A DNA stretch of 62,425 nt, counting the filler, from Choristocarpus tenellus KU-1152 (lineage: Eukaryota; Protista; Phaeophyceae), in NCBI GenBank assembly GCA_964200185.2. It is 11 parts of 11 records of this genome, joined end to end, with 100 filler letters (N's around TTAATTAATTAA, not from the genome) between each part and the next. Parts side by side here need not be neighbours in the genome. Positions count along the whole stretch, not along the records: positions 1 to 7,826 come from CAXNAD020005529.1; positions 7,927 to 14,611 come from CAXNAD020007567.1; 9 more parts are not named here. The stretch is one strand, 5' to 3'. The notes below the pieces were generated by a model. That model worked only from the letters and a program-made list of their open reading frames with translations, was not told the DNA's origin and did no database searches. The position numbers and the translations under genes are program-made. Every line of letters starts with the position of its first letter. Within the stretch, counting starts at the first letter, position 1. Below, piece by piece: positions 1-12,900 of the stretch.

Positions 1-49
1 GGTATGGTGGGGTGGGGGGGTGTGGGGGTGGGGGGGTGGGTAGGGGGGT

Positions 50-94
<45 letters not shown>

Positions 95-2689
95 AAGAAG
101 TGATGTTTCGAGTGCGAGCAACGGTAGTGCCGTGACAGATCGGTGGATGGGAGGCGTGATGGTGTGGTTATTGGCGAGTCAGTATGGTGTGTGTGAGATT
201 TTTTTTGCATGCGGAGCAGTTTGGTCTTTTGCTCAGAGTGTTTTGCTTTTTGATATTGAGGACCCTACATGGTTGGATTGCTCTACCATAGTAAGAAACG
301 GGGGGTTGTTTTGGTGTTACGGTGTGGTTGGGGAAAATGTTGGTGGTTGGTCTATGCCACAAACCTACCGTCGGGTATCTAGGAACCAGCTGTTGGCGAC
401 CATGGAGATATATATACATATATATATATATTTATTTTTTTAATGTGCACAGAGTTAATAATTGCGTAACTGCCCCATGGGATTTCTGGACTAGATGGCG
501 CCCCTGCGGGCTGTATGGGCACTGCTCTATGTGCTTGTGTTGAATGCGTTGATTGTCTCTCCTGTACGCAAGAATGGTTTAGGGTCATTGTCGTGCACAA
601 CCGTGGAAGGTTCGTGCCGTCATCATTGTCGACAAGAGGTACAGCCATAAACCATAACCGTAATAAATAGATCAACAGAACTGCAGCCGTAGAACAGAAC
701 ACACCGTGAGGCCGAATGAAAAGTGCATCCATCGCTGTACTGCTGCAGACATTTTCGTTTTGTGCTTCATATTTGTGTTTTTGCACAACCAAACCCTGGC
801 ATTGAAATTCCCTATGTAAACACTCCGTACCGGTACAAAATGCATTTTGTACCGTGGCAGAGACAACAGCGGTCCTTACAGCCGTGTCATCGTATCTGAC
901 AGTTACATCTAACACATAAGCATATGGTTGGACAAGCCCTTACGCAATCGGGAAGAGATGAATTTGATTGAGTCCAACCGTGTAGGACCCTGTTAGAATT
1001 AAGACATCAATTGTCGCAATGCGGTGACAAGCTTTTGTTCGAATCCTATACCACGAAGTAATTCGAGTTATTTGTGTCTTTGGGCGGAGGCCATGTGTCA
1101 TTCTTTTTTGTACCATTGTACCCTCTGGTGTGTAAGGGGTCTGGTGGTAAGAGATAACAACAGGGTTTGTAAGGTAGTTTGCATTGATTTTTGTTTTTGT
1201 TGGTTGTCTATAACGTTAAAGGGTTTGGTCAAGGGATGCCAGGCGTGATTGTAGGCACTGATGGTTCAAGGATCATCCCAGGGTCTACTGTACTTCCTTG
1301 GACCCCCTGATGAATCCCAATACCTCTTGATCAGAAGAGGTGGTGCTTGTAGGTGATCCAGGGTCTGTCCATGATGTAAAAATCCCCATTCCGAAGGTTG
1401 TTCGTGGCAAAGACCCTCAATTCCACTTTGTCGCAAGACCTGACTCCTTCTGTCGGAGGTGAACATTCTAGTGACAAGCACAGAGAGCGGCTTGTTTTCG
1501 CTTCAGGTTTGAGCATGACCCCAACATTCTTTGAGACGCATGGTCTAAGTGGGATAGATACCTTTGACAGTACAGCAGGATGAGTAGCGCAGCCTCCGAG
1601 GTGTGCTTCCCAGGGCACTCTGTGTAGATGTACTTCAAAGTACTTGCCGAAATGACCCAACACCTACAGTGCCATTGGAAGACTTCACTTCTGACATCTG
1701 AATTGGTTATGGTACCTGTCTTCACTCAAGTCGTCCATGCAATGGTGAAGATAGACCATGATGATTCTTCCTCTCCACCTCACTCAAACAATGGGTCATG
1801 ACAAATCCACCCAGGAGAAAGTCCAATGTATTTTGCTAATCTATTGCTCTCTTTAAGGCAGGTCACCATGGAAAGGGACTAGGAGGAGGTGAAGAATGTG
1901 TGATGTGGGTATGTGACAGGGGGGGCCGATGCCTGGCTTCAATTATCCCATTGCGGGATCTTGTACCTTGACCTCAAGCATTGAAGTACTTTTAACAGGA
2001 CATACAGCAGTGGACTTGTATAGCTGGATGTGTGCACACTTTTTGGGGGAGTGCAACAATGTGGGACTTGGAGCAGTTTTGGAAGGATCTTTTATTTCAG
2101 CTCAAGAAGTCTGGATTTGGTTAGCTATCCAGTCAAGACAACCATTGTGTCACCCACCACACCACCACCCGTCAAGAGTCAGAGGCCTTCCCCACCATCT
2201 TGGAGTCCTACCCACTTGATTTCTTTTGAGGGGTATACCTCCTCAGCCTTCGCTCCTATCACCAGACACAACCAGTCCTTGGCAATGAAGAAAAAGATCC
2301 AAAAGAAAACAAATGTTGCGAATGTCAGGAAGAACAGAAAAAAAGGAAAACAAGGTTAAAATAAACACACACACACACACACACACTCAGCACCCCAAAG
2401 AAGCACAAGCATGAGCCCTCTACCCCTCCATTGAGCAGTGGGGAGAGTGGGGTGGAAAAATATATTGAAGAAAATCCCCACCTGTTCTTTACCACAATGG
2501 CCCATTCTTTGTGTGTGTCTGTGTTTAACCTCTTACCACGAGCCATCTCCTGCTTGATATTTACCTCCCATGCCAAGTTTTCCTACTCCCTCTTGTACCT
2601 TACGCTCCCTTCACTAGTCAGAACACCCAAAGGCAACACTGCAATAAAAATAAACAAGGCAAATGAATCAACTCTACTCTACGCCTAGA

Positions 2690-3650
2690 GAGTCCTGGAT
2701 GTTGGCCTGTGTGCCAGGTCATGGCAGTCAGGCATCCATGAAGGTCATCTTGACCTTGCACAGAAAGTTGCTAACAAAATCAATGCCATACTCCTCTACC
2801 AGTGCCTTCAACTGTGCAAACATTACCGTCACTTCCACTACCAATGGGGGGAGACAGACTAGTCTCACAACTTCTTGCTCCACACCAGCTGCCCTATCCT
2901 TCCTGTCGCACCATTCCTCCACCTACAGACAAACACCCGTCAGCTCCTCTACCATGGCTGCCTCCACACCCTGCTCTTCTCCATGCTTCACCCAAATTGT
3001 GCTACAGCCATGTCCTGCAAAAATGAACAATGTTTGCACTAGAGAGTGCACTAAATACCTTGTGTTTGAGTCTCTCCACGTTCTGGTGCATCTCCTTCAT
3101 GGCCAGACTCGACCTTGTCAGGGTTGCCATGAGATACTCAACCACTGGATCTCTTTCATCGTGGGTCGCAGACCTACGTGCCCACTGTGTCCTGTGGGTC
3201 TTGGCTTCATCTCTGAGGCAGGAGTGTATTGATACTCAGCAAACACTGAGCAATGGTGTCCTTGTGCATCTCCTCCCACACCCCGAGCAAAAGGTCAATC
3301 CCATTGAGTACATGTGCGTCATAACCCTCAGCTAGCCCCATGGTCCCATAAAGTACTTCCCCCAGGAACTGAGAGACCGTGTCAATGATGGGAAGAGAAA
3401 GCTCTCGTGAACTATTGGTGTTTGTACAATGCACGCCAATATGCAGTCCTTTTGGCCCCTGCACAGAACGGTGCAACCCCCCCTCCTCGATGAGGTAGAT
3501 TTTCCTTGGCAGGACCCTGTAGAAAGGCCCATCTCAAGTGCATTATAGAGACGGTCCAGGCTACACTCCGCACATCCCTTGTGGGTTTACTTTGGGGATA
3601 CATGGCCTTCCTTTTGGCCCTCACTTTCACGACTTGATTCATTGAACCTT
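2690..3650 (-). mobile_element. Degenerate pogo/Tigger-like (DDE_1, Tc1/mariner superfamily) transposase remnant
   Basis: Minus-strand peptide HVLNGIDLLLGVWEEMHKDTIAQCL (ORF 3207..3476) resembles the C-terminal 'vldai.l...W..v...tI.ncf' segment of DDE_1/CENP-B-type transposases. There are multiple stops and frameshifts and the region is heavily CpG-depleted. Confidence 0.4.
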
Positions 3651-3654
3651 ACAT

Positions 3655-3835
3655 GACTCAAAGTATCTGGAGGGGGTGGCAGCTGTCCATTCGGGGTCAA
3701 TTTTTTTATGTCGCGATTTTTGGGTGATTTGGGTGCATACGTCAGATGGCTGATGTAGGTGCACTTTTCCTGGTTTTGGTCCAAATGGACACCCTGGTGT
3801 AGACCCCCTCCCCCCCCCAACAGATACGTTGGGTC
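3655..3835. mobile_element. MITE family A (~180 bp, TIR (G/A)(G/A)C(T/C)CAAAGTATCTGGGG), complete copy
   Basis: Begins GACTCAAAGTATCTGGAGGG and ends CAGATACGTTGGGTC. Internal sequence matches the copies at 10326, 37300 and 38090. Confidence 0.85.
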
Positions 3836-5374
3836 ACATTCCCCCTGCCTCTCAACTGCTTTGCCACGACTGTTGCACCACCGCTATTGAACCACACACT
3901 TCACTAGAAGGTCTAGGATATCCCCCTTTTTTGCTCAAGGTAAAGTCAATTGCGTTCACCTGCACACCTGATCCCTTTCCGACACTCTGTTCTGACCCCT
4001 CATTACCCTGGGTTAGGGGGTCCCGTGGTCGCAACACTTACGGTGAGCACTGTGCTATATATACCCTAGAAGTTAGGGTTGTGGATCAAAAGCATTTGTG
4101 AGGTAGAAGTTAAATCAACTCAAAGAATTTTGATGTGCTCTATTTTCAGTGAACTGTGAACATAGTGCTGCTGCGGCGAGACAAGATGATCAGGCCCCCC
4201 AGCACATGAGCGACCCCACCAAAGGTGCAAAAATATATGTGTGTTTTCTTCATTTGTGTGGTCTTATCCCCCACACCCAGACACACTTTGATGTTTGTAT
4301 GAGAGACTTTCGAACGTACCTTTTTGGAGGAGAAAAACTGGGTGAAGAGTTATCAATCGGAACATGATTTGAGCAGTGATTTTTTAAAAGAGAATGGTTA
4401 GCTTTATTCTGAGCTATCTTTTTCTACTTTTGTGTAATGTGTGACTGGACAAGACCTGTTACTGTAGCTACTATAGCCTTGAGTTGTTATCCGCTCTGTG
4501 GCCACTCCTGGCAGCCTCCCATGCATCCACCTTCATCCCCAAGCATTGCACAGGAAGACTAGGAGCTACACAATATTGTAAGGTTCATATGGCCACTCCA
4601 TGCAAAAAATCGGTTATTTTAGAGCACGAAAAACAACCATACCCGGCAGCCAGCAGCAGTAAAATCAGTTTTACTTGGGGTGCCTAGGACTGCACACATA
4701 AAACTCCAATGGCACTCCGTTCCATGCCCAAATTATTTTCCCCAACCGATTCTTGAGTGCTTCCTGCAAGATGGTCCTCTTTCCCTTTCTAATCATCTTC
4801 ATTTGAAATGTAGTACTATTTTTCATATTTATTTGGGGTGAATGGGCTTAGAAAGCGCGCTGTGATATGGCCAGTGTTCATGTGTCAAATGTATTCTATC
4901 CAGACATTCACAGGTGAAATTTCCTAACGTGGCGGGATCCATGGTTTTCATTCACTACTTCAACATATGCAGCCGCCAGCTCGGTACAAGTAACTCCGAA
5001 CATGGCCAAGTCCATGGCTGTCACTGCTTTAACATAGCCAGGCCACCGGCTGGACCTATACAACCAAGTTCGAACTTGACCGAGTCTATGTCCACCAACT
5101 GTTTCACATGGTTGGGCCACAGGCCAGTCTGTGGCCCGGATGGTGGACATGCTGACTTATCTGCCCGGTCTGGTGAAAGGCCCTGGTTGTTTTCACATTG
5201 CTATAGGCTAAACAATATTGAGTCAAAGAAGTAAGAGGTGTCCAGAGTTGCATTTAAAGGATAGTGACAAAGATGTTCAAATTTCTGATTTTTTTACAGG
5301 TTTGTGCAGGACAGTTTCTGAATTGTGTTGGCAATGTTTCAAACAAGAGATAAATAAACGCTCTCAAGTCAAAC

Positions 5375-5462
5375 TTAGAACTTCATCCATCGAAATCTGA
5401 ATGAATTGCAAAAGACTGAAAAACCGGAATTAAAATGTAAAACGACCAAAACCTTGGTACCC
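5375..5462 (-). repeat. Dispersed repeat, probably a DNA transposon terminus; related copy at 55205..55295 in the opposite orientation
   Basis: Reverse complement GGTACCAAGGTTTTGGTCGTTTTACATTTTAATTCCGGTTTTTCAGTCTTTTGCAATTCATTCAGATTTCGATGGATGAAGT aligns by eye with GGTACCCAGGTTTTGACCGTTTTGCAGTTCAAGCCAGTTTTTCAATATTTTGCAATTCACCCATATTTCTATGGATGAAGT at 55205. Confidence 0.65.
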
Positions 5463-5744
5463 TTGTTCCCTTTACTCATATCAATAAGGCAACTTGTTTA
5501 TCTCATCCCTAGGTCTACAGCACCAACTAGCCATTATTCTCCACATGTTATAGGATGAAATGGAAGTCTTTGAGAATATTTAAATGCCTGATATTCAAGT
5601 ATCTTATGTTGCTGCATGCTTCTTCTGTCCGAGGTTAGCAGGTCAAACTTGATGCAAGTGAATGAACCCAGGTGTGTAATCCATGAGCACCCTTCCACCC
5701 CCATTCATCCTCCGCAACTGTACCTGCTTTGTCTCTCTTTGCAG

Positions 5745-5991
5745 ATCTGGGAATGTAGAAGGGGCAAGCACAGAAATGGTTAACAACGACATTGCATTCT
5801 ATGGGCAACTTCTGGCCTTGACTGTAGGTGGATCTGCCTTGGTCAAGTACGGCGAGCTGTTTGTTGACTTCCCATTTCAACCTACATACACTGCAGCCTT
5901 GGCATTGATTGGGCTGCCCACGCTAGTTAATGTGAAGAAGTGGGCGGATAGAAGCAAAGATCCTTCTGCGCCCTTTGAATATTTCCTTTGA
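5745..5991 (+). CDS. Terminal exon of an algal membrane protein; resembles the C-terminal extension of algal Ycf49-like (DUF2499) proteins
   Basis: Polypyrimidine tract plus TTTGCAG acceptor, then SGNVEGASTEMVNNDIAFYGQLLALTVGGSALVKYGELFVDFPFQPTYTAALALIGLPTLVNVKKWADRSKDPSAPFEYFL*, with two hydrophobic helices. The family call rests on recalled similarity only, and upstream exons were not found. Confidence 0.5.
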
Positions 5992-6849
5992 TCAATCAGG
6001 GACATGAAAACGCAACCTTCAAGAAATACGTATTAAAAAATGTGCTCCAGCAAAGGTTGGTGCCATAACAGCAAGAGGAAATGCAAGGGACAATGCTTAA
6101 TGACAAGACCAGTGTAGCGCACACATTAGACACGGTAGATCAGAAGAGGTTTACTATCTACATTACTTTGTTGGATCTACCTTCCAAGAGCAAGTTGGGG
6201 ATTAGAGGCCACTCGTGATTTCGAGGGCAAGCAGGCAGTTATCTTGGATCATTTTTTTGTTTGCCATTTTTCCTGCATCTTTTAACATGGTTTGGAAACG
6301 GGAATTTAAACTGTCTCTCATCATATTGTGGCATGGGAGCACAATCAATTAGGGGATAGTGGTGGGTCTGCTACGAGTGATTATGGCGTAATGGCGCTTG
6401 CTTGCTTACTTCAGTAATAAGTTAACCTCTAGCTTGTTATCCCAGGCAGTAGATTAGAAGAGTAAGCAATCGTGTGGGAAACCCTGGTGGGTCACCTATT
6501 TCAAGTACCAATGTCCTGATTGTGAGTCTGCTGTGCATTGCTTTGTACTCGCTGCCTCTTGTGTGGCTTTGGGTGGTCAGAGTTTTTGCCAGCTAAGGCT
6601 ACATTATGCGACAACTCTATGTTGTAGTGATCAATACTTATGTGTTAAACATGTCCATCCATGACATATAATTTGTGGAATCATCCTGCAAGGATCCCTT
6701 TGCTTGGTGGGGCTTGCACACTCTAGATGTGAGACATTCAGTGAGAAAGTGATTTGCTGTTTGTCCATCATGCTAAGGTGATCCCTGGTGACTTGTAGGA
6801 TGCTATGAACAACAGACTGCTGAAAAAAGAAAAGTGACCCCAGAGTCAA

Positions 6850-7560
6850 CTGGTTCTAGCTATTGTACTCTTGCGGGCCTTACCAAAACCTTGATATGTT
6901 TGGAAGGAGGTGGTTCAGGCAGGTAAGTGATGGAGACTTCAGGCGAGTCACATTTGTTCTTTGTTCTTGGGTGGCATAATCCCACCAACATGATGGTGCG
7001 ATGACCAAACAATCACCTCTTACTGTATTGAGAGTTGAGCCACCAACATCTGATGTCCTCTTGTCCACTTGGAATAGTGTAGTCTTTGTGATAAATATTC
7101 CAATCATTTCAGAATGTGAGGAAGGAGAAGAGTGCCACGTTGTCTATTATCTTGTCATCTACTCTGTAATTCACCTACTTAGCCTGTGTTTTCACGTATA
7201 GGAGTGTTCAAAATCATCATATAGCATTCACAAACGCTTGTCAACAGATATTGACATCTTCGAGCATTAACTTGTCGTATCCCCATTCTTGATTATCTTC
7301 TGTTTATACAAGATACAAGAGACCAATATGCTGACCACATTGCGAGCCCCATGCCCTCAGACCTTGACCATGAGCTTGATGCGATGCTGACCACATACCA
7401 TCAACCTTGGGCTAACGATATCTTGATCAGATCGTTCATGATGTCACATTTATATCTTGCACTTCATTTTGCATTGATGAAGTCGAGTAATATAATGGTC
7501 CAATAGTGTAATAATAGTTACACCTTTTCCCCATTTGCTTCCAGGGCTCACTTTTTGGAC
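6850..7560 (-). mobile_element. Highly degenerate Copia-like gag/protease remnant
   Basis: Broken frames give DYTIPSGQEDI / DVGGSTLNTVRGDCLV / NVTRLKSPSLTCLNHLL, similar to the Copia protease-adjacent region, downstream of a G/R-rich gag-like stretch at about 7350..7400. Confidence 0.3.
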
Positions 7561-7826
7561 AATCTCAAATCATGTTTACATGACTTCGAGGCCCATCAGA
7601 TAGGGAAGTGATGTGAAAGGCAGGGTTGTCTGTTATCATACAGTTATTGCCGTATGTCATACAACACCATACCGATTGAGGTTCCTTTCAGGAATCCCGG
7701 ATTCAAGTGGAGGATATTTCGTGAGATGGGGGCGTGGAATCTTTTTAAGAGACCAGACCCAAAGTATCTGGGGGGGGGGGGGGGGGGGGGGGGCACCCAT
7801 CCATATTTTTTTTACTTTTTTATATC

Positions 7827-7926
7827 NNNNNNNNNNNNNNNNNNNNNNNNNNNNNNNNNNNNNNNNNNNNTTAATTAATTAANNNNNNNNNNNNNNNNNN
7901 NNNNNNNNNNNNNNNNNNNNNNNNNN
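7827..7926. other. Artificial contig linker N44-TTAATTAATTAA-N44 (first of ten)
   Basis: Same six-frame-stop linker at 7827, 14612, 17512, 21244, 26703, 36097, 41445, 44364, 51360 and 59567. A separate 10-N gap lies at 27525..27534. Confidence 0.98.
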
Positions 7927-9924
7927 TGGTAGGTACGGTGTTGATGAAGAAAGAAAAAAAAAAAAAAAAAAAAAGGTCAACTGGCTGGGTAGGTAGATGA
8001 TTGCTTCACGGGAGAAAAAGAACTCAGAGAGACTGAGCAACTTGCAGCTGCAGATTATAGCATGAGGGACGATCCTCCAGTGGACCAGGCTATGAATCTG
8101 TTTCCTCGTCCCAAGTCCTGGTCACAAAGTTTACTCTCCTTTGCTTTGTATTCTCAACAAAGTTTGTACAGGCTCTTCCTTTTTTCTTCCTCCCATTTCC
8201 CCTCCCCTACATCTATGCTTACTGTTGACAGTTGGGTACCTAATTCAATTTCTAAGGGCTGATATCCTCAGGTGGTTCTTTGGTCCAAGTCCTCCTATAG
8301 AGTTCAGTTTTATTGAGGGTAGAGTAGGATTATTCGTAAACTCACTTTCTTCCCTTCTCTCACAGATGTGTCTTCCCAATCAACTCTACAATGAAATTAC
8401 ATCAACTCTCAGCCCTTTGATGCTTCCCTCTCAAGTTGCGTACATCTAACCACAGTCTCACATTCTCCAGATATATGATATTACGATCTATTATTACTCT
8501 GAAGTTCATGTCAACAGAATCCCATACCATTTTAGGAACTAAACCGCTTTGGGGGAGCTCTGGACTCTGCTGAGGGAGGATCTCTCATGATAGCTGGGGA
8601 TGAATTCACTACTGTGAATGGGTGAGGGATCACATGGACTTGTTAAACGAGAGAAGAGCTAGGGGGAATCTCTCACAGCCGGCTGACTATTTCAATTTGA
8701 TTGAATGTGTGTCTGGATTTTCTGGATTTCATTGGAGAAAGGAGATACAGCACACAACCTCCATCCCTAACTTGAAAAAGAGATAGTTCAACAAACTTGA
8801 AATTATCGTGGTCCACACTTGAAAATCTGCCACCAAAATGATCCATGTGGGGAGCGAGTTACACAACGATCACAATAACTTGTTAGCTTGTTAACTTGTT
8901 TACCAATTGCTAACTACTTTCAGCGTATGCCCCACCTGTAATGGTGTTCCCTGACGCTGACTTGCTGCCCCCAATCCGGTCCAATATCCCTATGATGGAT
9001 TGAATGAACTGGCAAAAGTTCAACACATTGTGGCTCAGCATACATTTTCCGACTGGAATATGGAGCCTGGGAACAGGAAGCTGTCCTAGTCCCAAGTATG
9101 GTTAGCAGAGGAGCACATTTTGGCCAAGCTGTTCAGGTGAGGAAGAAGAAGTATACAATTTCTTCAGCAATGAGGATGTTCACTCTTGCAGGCACGGATG
9201 GGTGTTAATTTTGTAGGGAGGGGATGAGCTACATGGATAGAAGTTAATTCGGTAATGGGGAAAAGATCAAGTTGGACAATTGACTGATACCATGGACTTA
9301 CACACTACAGTGGAATAGTATAACTTGTTTCACCTTCTTTCTGGTTGCAAATTGTTGAGGTATATCCACTTTGAAGTCAACATTCCCTCCACAGTGTCAA
9401 GCACAACATGCACATCATATTGCTGATGTCCTCCACGGGCTGCTAGATCTGTTCTATCTGCTCAAATAGCTGAAAGCCAATTACTAAAATCGCCGGGAGT
9501 GCGAGTTTGTTTCACACACTTAGTACCATCAGTATACATCCTGGTGCTCCAGCACTTGAAGAAATCTACATTTTGCTGCCTTCAGGGTGTTCATATCCTA
9601 GAAGACATTCCACTCAAGTTGTGAACAACTCCTGTTAGCAAAGAGCAATTTAGTCTTTATTTTCAAAAAATAATTTGAGTGATCTGTTGGGAAATATACA
9701 TTTTCAAAATTTGTTGAGGAGAGGAATAGATGATGCGAGGCATGGGAAGTGGCAAAGTGGGAAAACCTTCTTCACTTACCGAGTTAAAGGCTACAGAGAG
9801 GTGACTCATCCTAGTGCAACAGGACCAATTTCAACCTTGGTCTGACCTTTTCTAAGACGTGTGTCAAAGTCACCCACCAATAACTTCTCTTTCATGACTG
9901 GAAGTCCCAATCCCCCGAGAAAAG

Positions 9925-12900
9925 ATCGACAAGGTGTATGGGCAAGCGAAGTACACAGCCTTGGTTGGTGCACCTGGTCAGGCTGCTGTGTACGCCTTTG
10001 AGTATGATGCAGACTCAGGAGAATGGAATGAGACACAGGTGCAGAAGCCGAGGGTGTGATAGGGGAGGGAGAAATACCGAAAAATCTCTGAGAAAAAATT
10101 AGATAGAAAATTGAGATGATCAGAGAAGCTGCACAAAATAACTATAATTAGAAGATAAGGGCAGAAATGGCTCTAGGTAGTCAAGCCATTCATTTTCTGT
10201 GAGGGGAGGGGCTTGTACATGATCTCCCTCTCTCTGGAATGGCCCCATATATGAATATGGTTGCTGTTGACGAAACGGAATCTCAAATCAATGAGCACAA
10301 GTGCTTGGAGTCCCTAGTGTGTTTTGGATCAAATTATCTGGGAGAGGGTGGCGGCTGTCCATTTGGGGTCAATTTTTCATATCGCGATTTTGGGGTGACT
10401 TGCTTGCATACGTAGGATGGATAATGTAAATGCACCTTTCCTGATTTTGACCCAAATGAACACCCTGGTATAGACCCCCCCCCCCCCCCCCCAGATACTT
10501 TGGATCTTTTTGTCGAGTTTCGTGAGCTTCCACAAACTGGGCTTCTTCATCGTGCAATTTGTGGATTATACTGCATAACCCTGATTGTATGAGGATCAAA
10601 TAGCTTTGTCACTAAACCTACACAATTTGAGTCTGCAAAGTGCAATAGCCTGAACTGTATTGCTACAGGGCCCTCCAAATAACTGCTTGCAAAGTGGTGT
10701 AGATACCGGGGCAGTGCTCAAGGATCATTTAGAGAATACACCGTTACATGTAGCAATGTAGATGTCGCTTGAAGTTTCCATGTCAAAAGATGGCTCTTCA
10801 AAACACTGCTGCTTGATCTCGGTTTAACATCTTCCATTTGATTCACATGAATAGTTTGTAGTAGCCCATGGTACACTCTGGAAAAGCTGTACCTTACTGC
10901 AGATTTCCAATCAATAAACTTTTTCAAATTTCCTCATGAGCCTCCTAAGTGTATCTTCCTCTTCTGTCATATCTATTGTAAAGTCCTTCCCCTAAAAATC
11001 ATTTCTCCCTCTCAATGGATCAGTATTCCAATCGCCCAACCAACAAACCTCCAACCACTACAATTATGTTTTCCTATTCCAGCCCCACACCCAACTCAAG
11101 ATCCTTTCTCCCTACTGTTAACAACTACAACAACCTGTTGACCTTGCAGATCCTTAGCGTTGATGGAGTCAACTTGCCTGAGGATGGCTTGGGCGGATTG
11201 AACAGCCTTTCTCTTGATGGTGATGTGGCTGTTGTTGGTGCCAGGGGAGCAGAGGCAGTATACATGTATTACCGAACACCAGTTAATTCGAGTGAGAGTG
11301 AGGGAAATAATAGGAGTGCTAGCAGTGACAACTCTTCAACATCATGGCAGGGGCGGAAAGGATCCGCTTACAGTAAACTGATGTCATCCGATTTCGACTA
11401 TGACTTTATCCATCAGCGCAAGGTTGTGCACAAGCAGGTATAGGGCAGAGGAGATGGATCTTTCAGCCCAACTATTGATCATGGCTGTTTCTGGTAGAAA
11501 AGTAGAAATGTTTGATTTTGGGGTTGATGTCGTATGAAGGATGTTTCGAGTTGGTTATCCAAATGAGATACACTTTTCTTCGGCTGAACAATACGGTCTC
11601 CAAATTCTCGTTTCTTTAGGAGTATGGAGCTTCCGTTTCACTGGACTTGACCTATCGCACCCTGGCTGTGGGTTCTCCATTGGCCGACTACGACAAGCTT
11701 GGGTCAGACTTGACCGAAACCTATTCAACTAGGCCGGAAAAAGCTGAGTCCAGGGCAAGAGGGAAGGTCTATGTATACTATGCTACACCTGCAGTGCAGG
11801 CAAGTTTGGGAGACGGTATATGCATTGGTGCTTCCCAATACCACCAGTCATGGGGGAATACAGAGTGATAATAGAGTGGGGAGGGATTGTGGAAGTTGGC
11901 ATTCAGGCGTTGGGAAGGTTGCAAATAGGGAGAGGTTGGAGATCAGGAAACAGCCTAGAGCGAGAAAGAATGCATGAAATAAAGGTTGAGATAAAATCCA
12001 AAGAGTTGTGGAGAGATTGGCCGGCAGGAAATGGGTCAAGGGAAGCCTTTTAATCGAGTTTAAACTGTTGACCTGTTGTAACTATTCAACTACAACACAA
12101 CTAATATTTTGTTATCTCCTTGTACGATTTTTCTGTTGACACAAATATGTTATCAAACGAATGAAATACATGTATCTCAATAGACTATACCCCTGGCATA
12201 CGCTGCAGTGGACAGACTTATTACCTCAAATGCCTTCTTCGTCACTCCTTCTCATTTGACATTGTGGTGTTGCTCATAGTCCATGGACTGTTCTGGAGTT
12301 GAAATTGATGCAGGGAAAGGTGGCAAGAAACAGGTAAAGTTACCTTGAATGCCAGGTATTCGTCAAGAAACAAAAAACTTTTGGTCAGAAGGAAGCGGAC
12401 CTTGACATATCTGCATGTTTTCAAAAACAAAGGGCCTACCAATCATATCTTTCAATCCCTCCCCGCTCATCCTGTATTGTACCCACCTGTCGGACAGGAG
12501 ATCACGCTGGGAAGCGAATTTGGCCTGTCATCAGGCTCATTTGTCCTATCTCTGGACCATCGAAATATCACCTCCAACACAACGCAGATCGCCTGGGATG
12601 CCCCTGCCAATGACTTCAAGGCCGCAGTGGAAAATCTTTCTAACGTGGAGGAGGTTGCTGTCACAAAGGACGAGTGGGCAGACGGATATGGCTTTGACTT
12701 CTACCGTTGGAAGGTGGGGAAAGAATTGAACTGCAGGGGATTAGGACACCGCCTACTCTATTTGAGCTAAGGCGACAAAAGTTCATAGGTATTAAATTTA
12801 CGGGGGCTGTTGGATCTGATGTACAGATTAAAGGGGATGGGAATGGGCAAGAGGTAAAGAGGATCAACAACAATATTGAAGTGTGCCCAGTTGGACAATG

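Noticed and set aside
12-443. Gly-rich ORF at window start, and similar poly-G/poly-P ORFs at ~14749, 24619..25082 and 27403..27655
   Set aside because: These are translations of G/C homopolymer tracts with no supporting splice or homology signal. Only the NDC80 and FNTA exons inside them are real.
991-1159. TGTTA...TAACA segment as a solo LTR, or GTTCGAATCC at 1037 as a tRNA T-loop
   Set aside because: There is no target-site duplication and no cloverleaf can be drawn.
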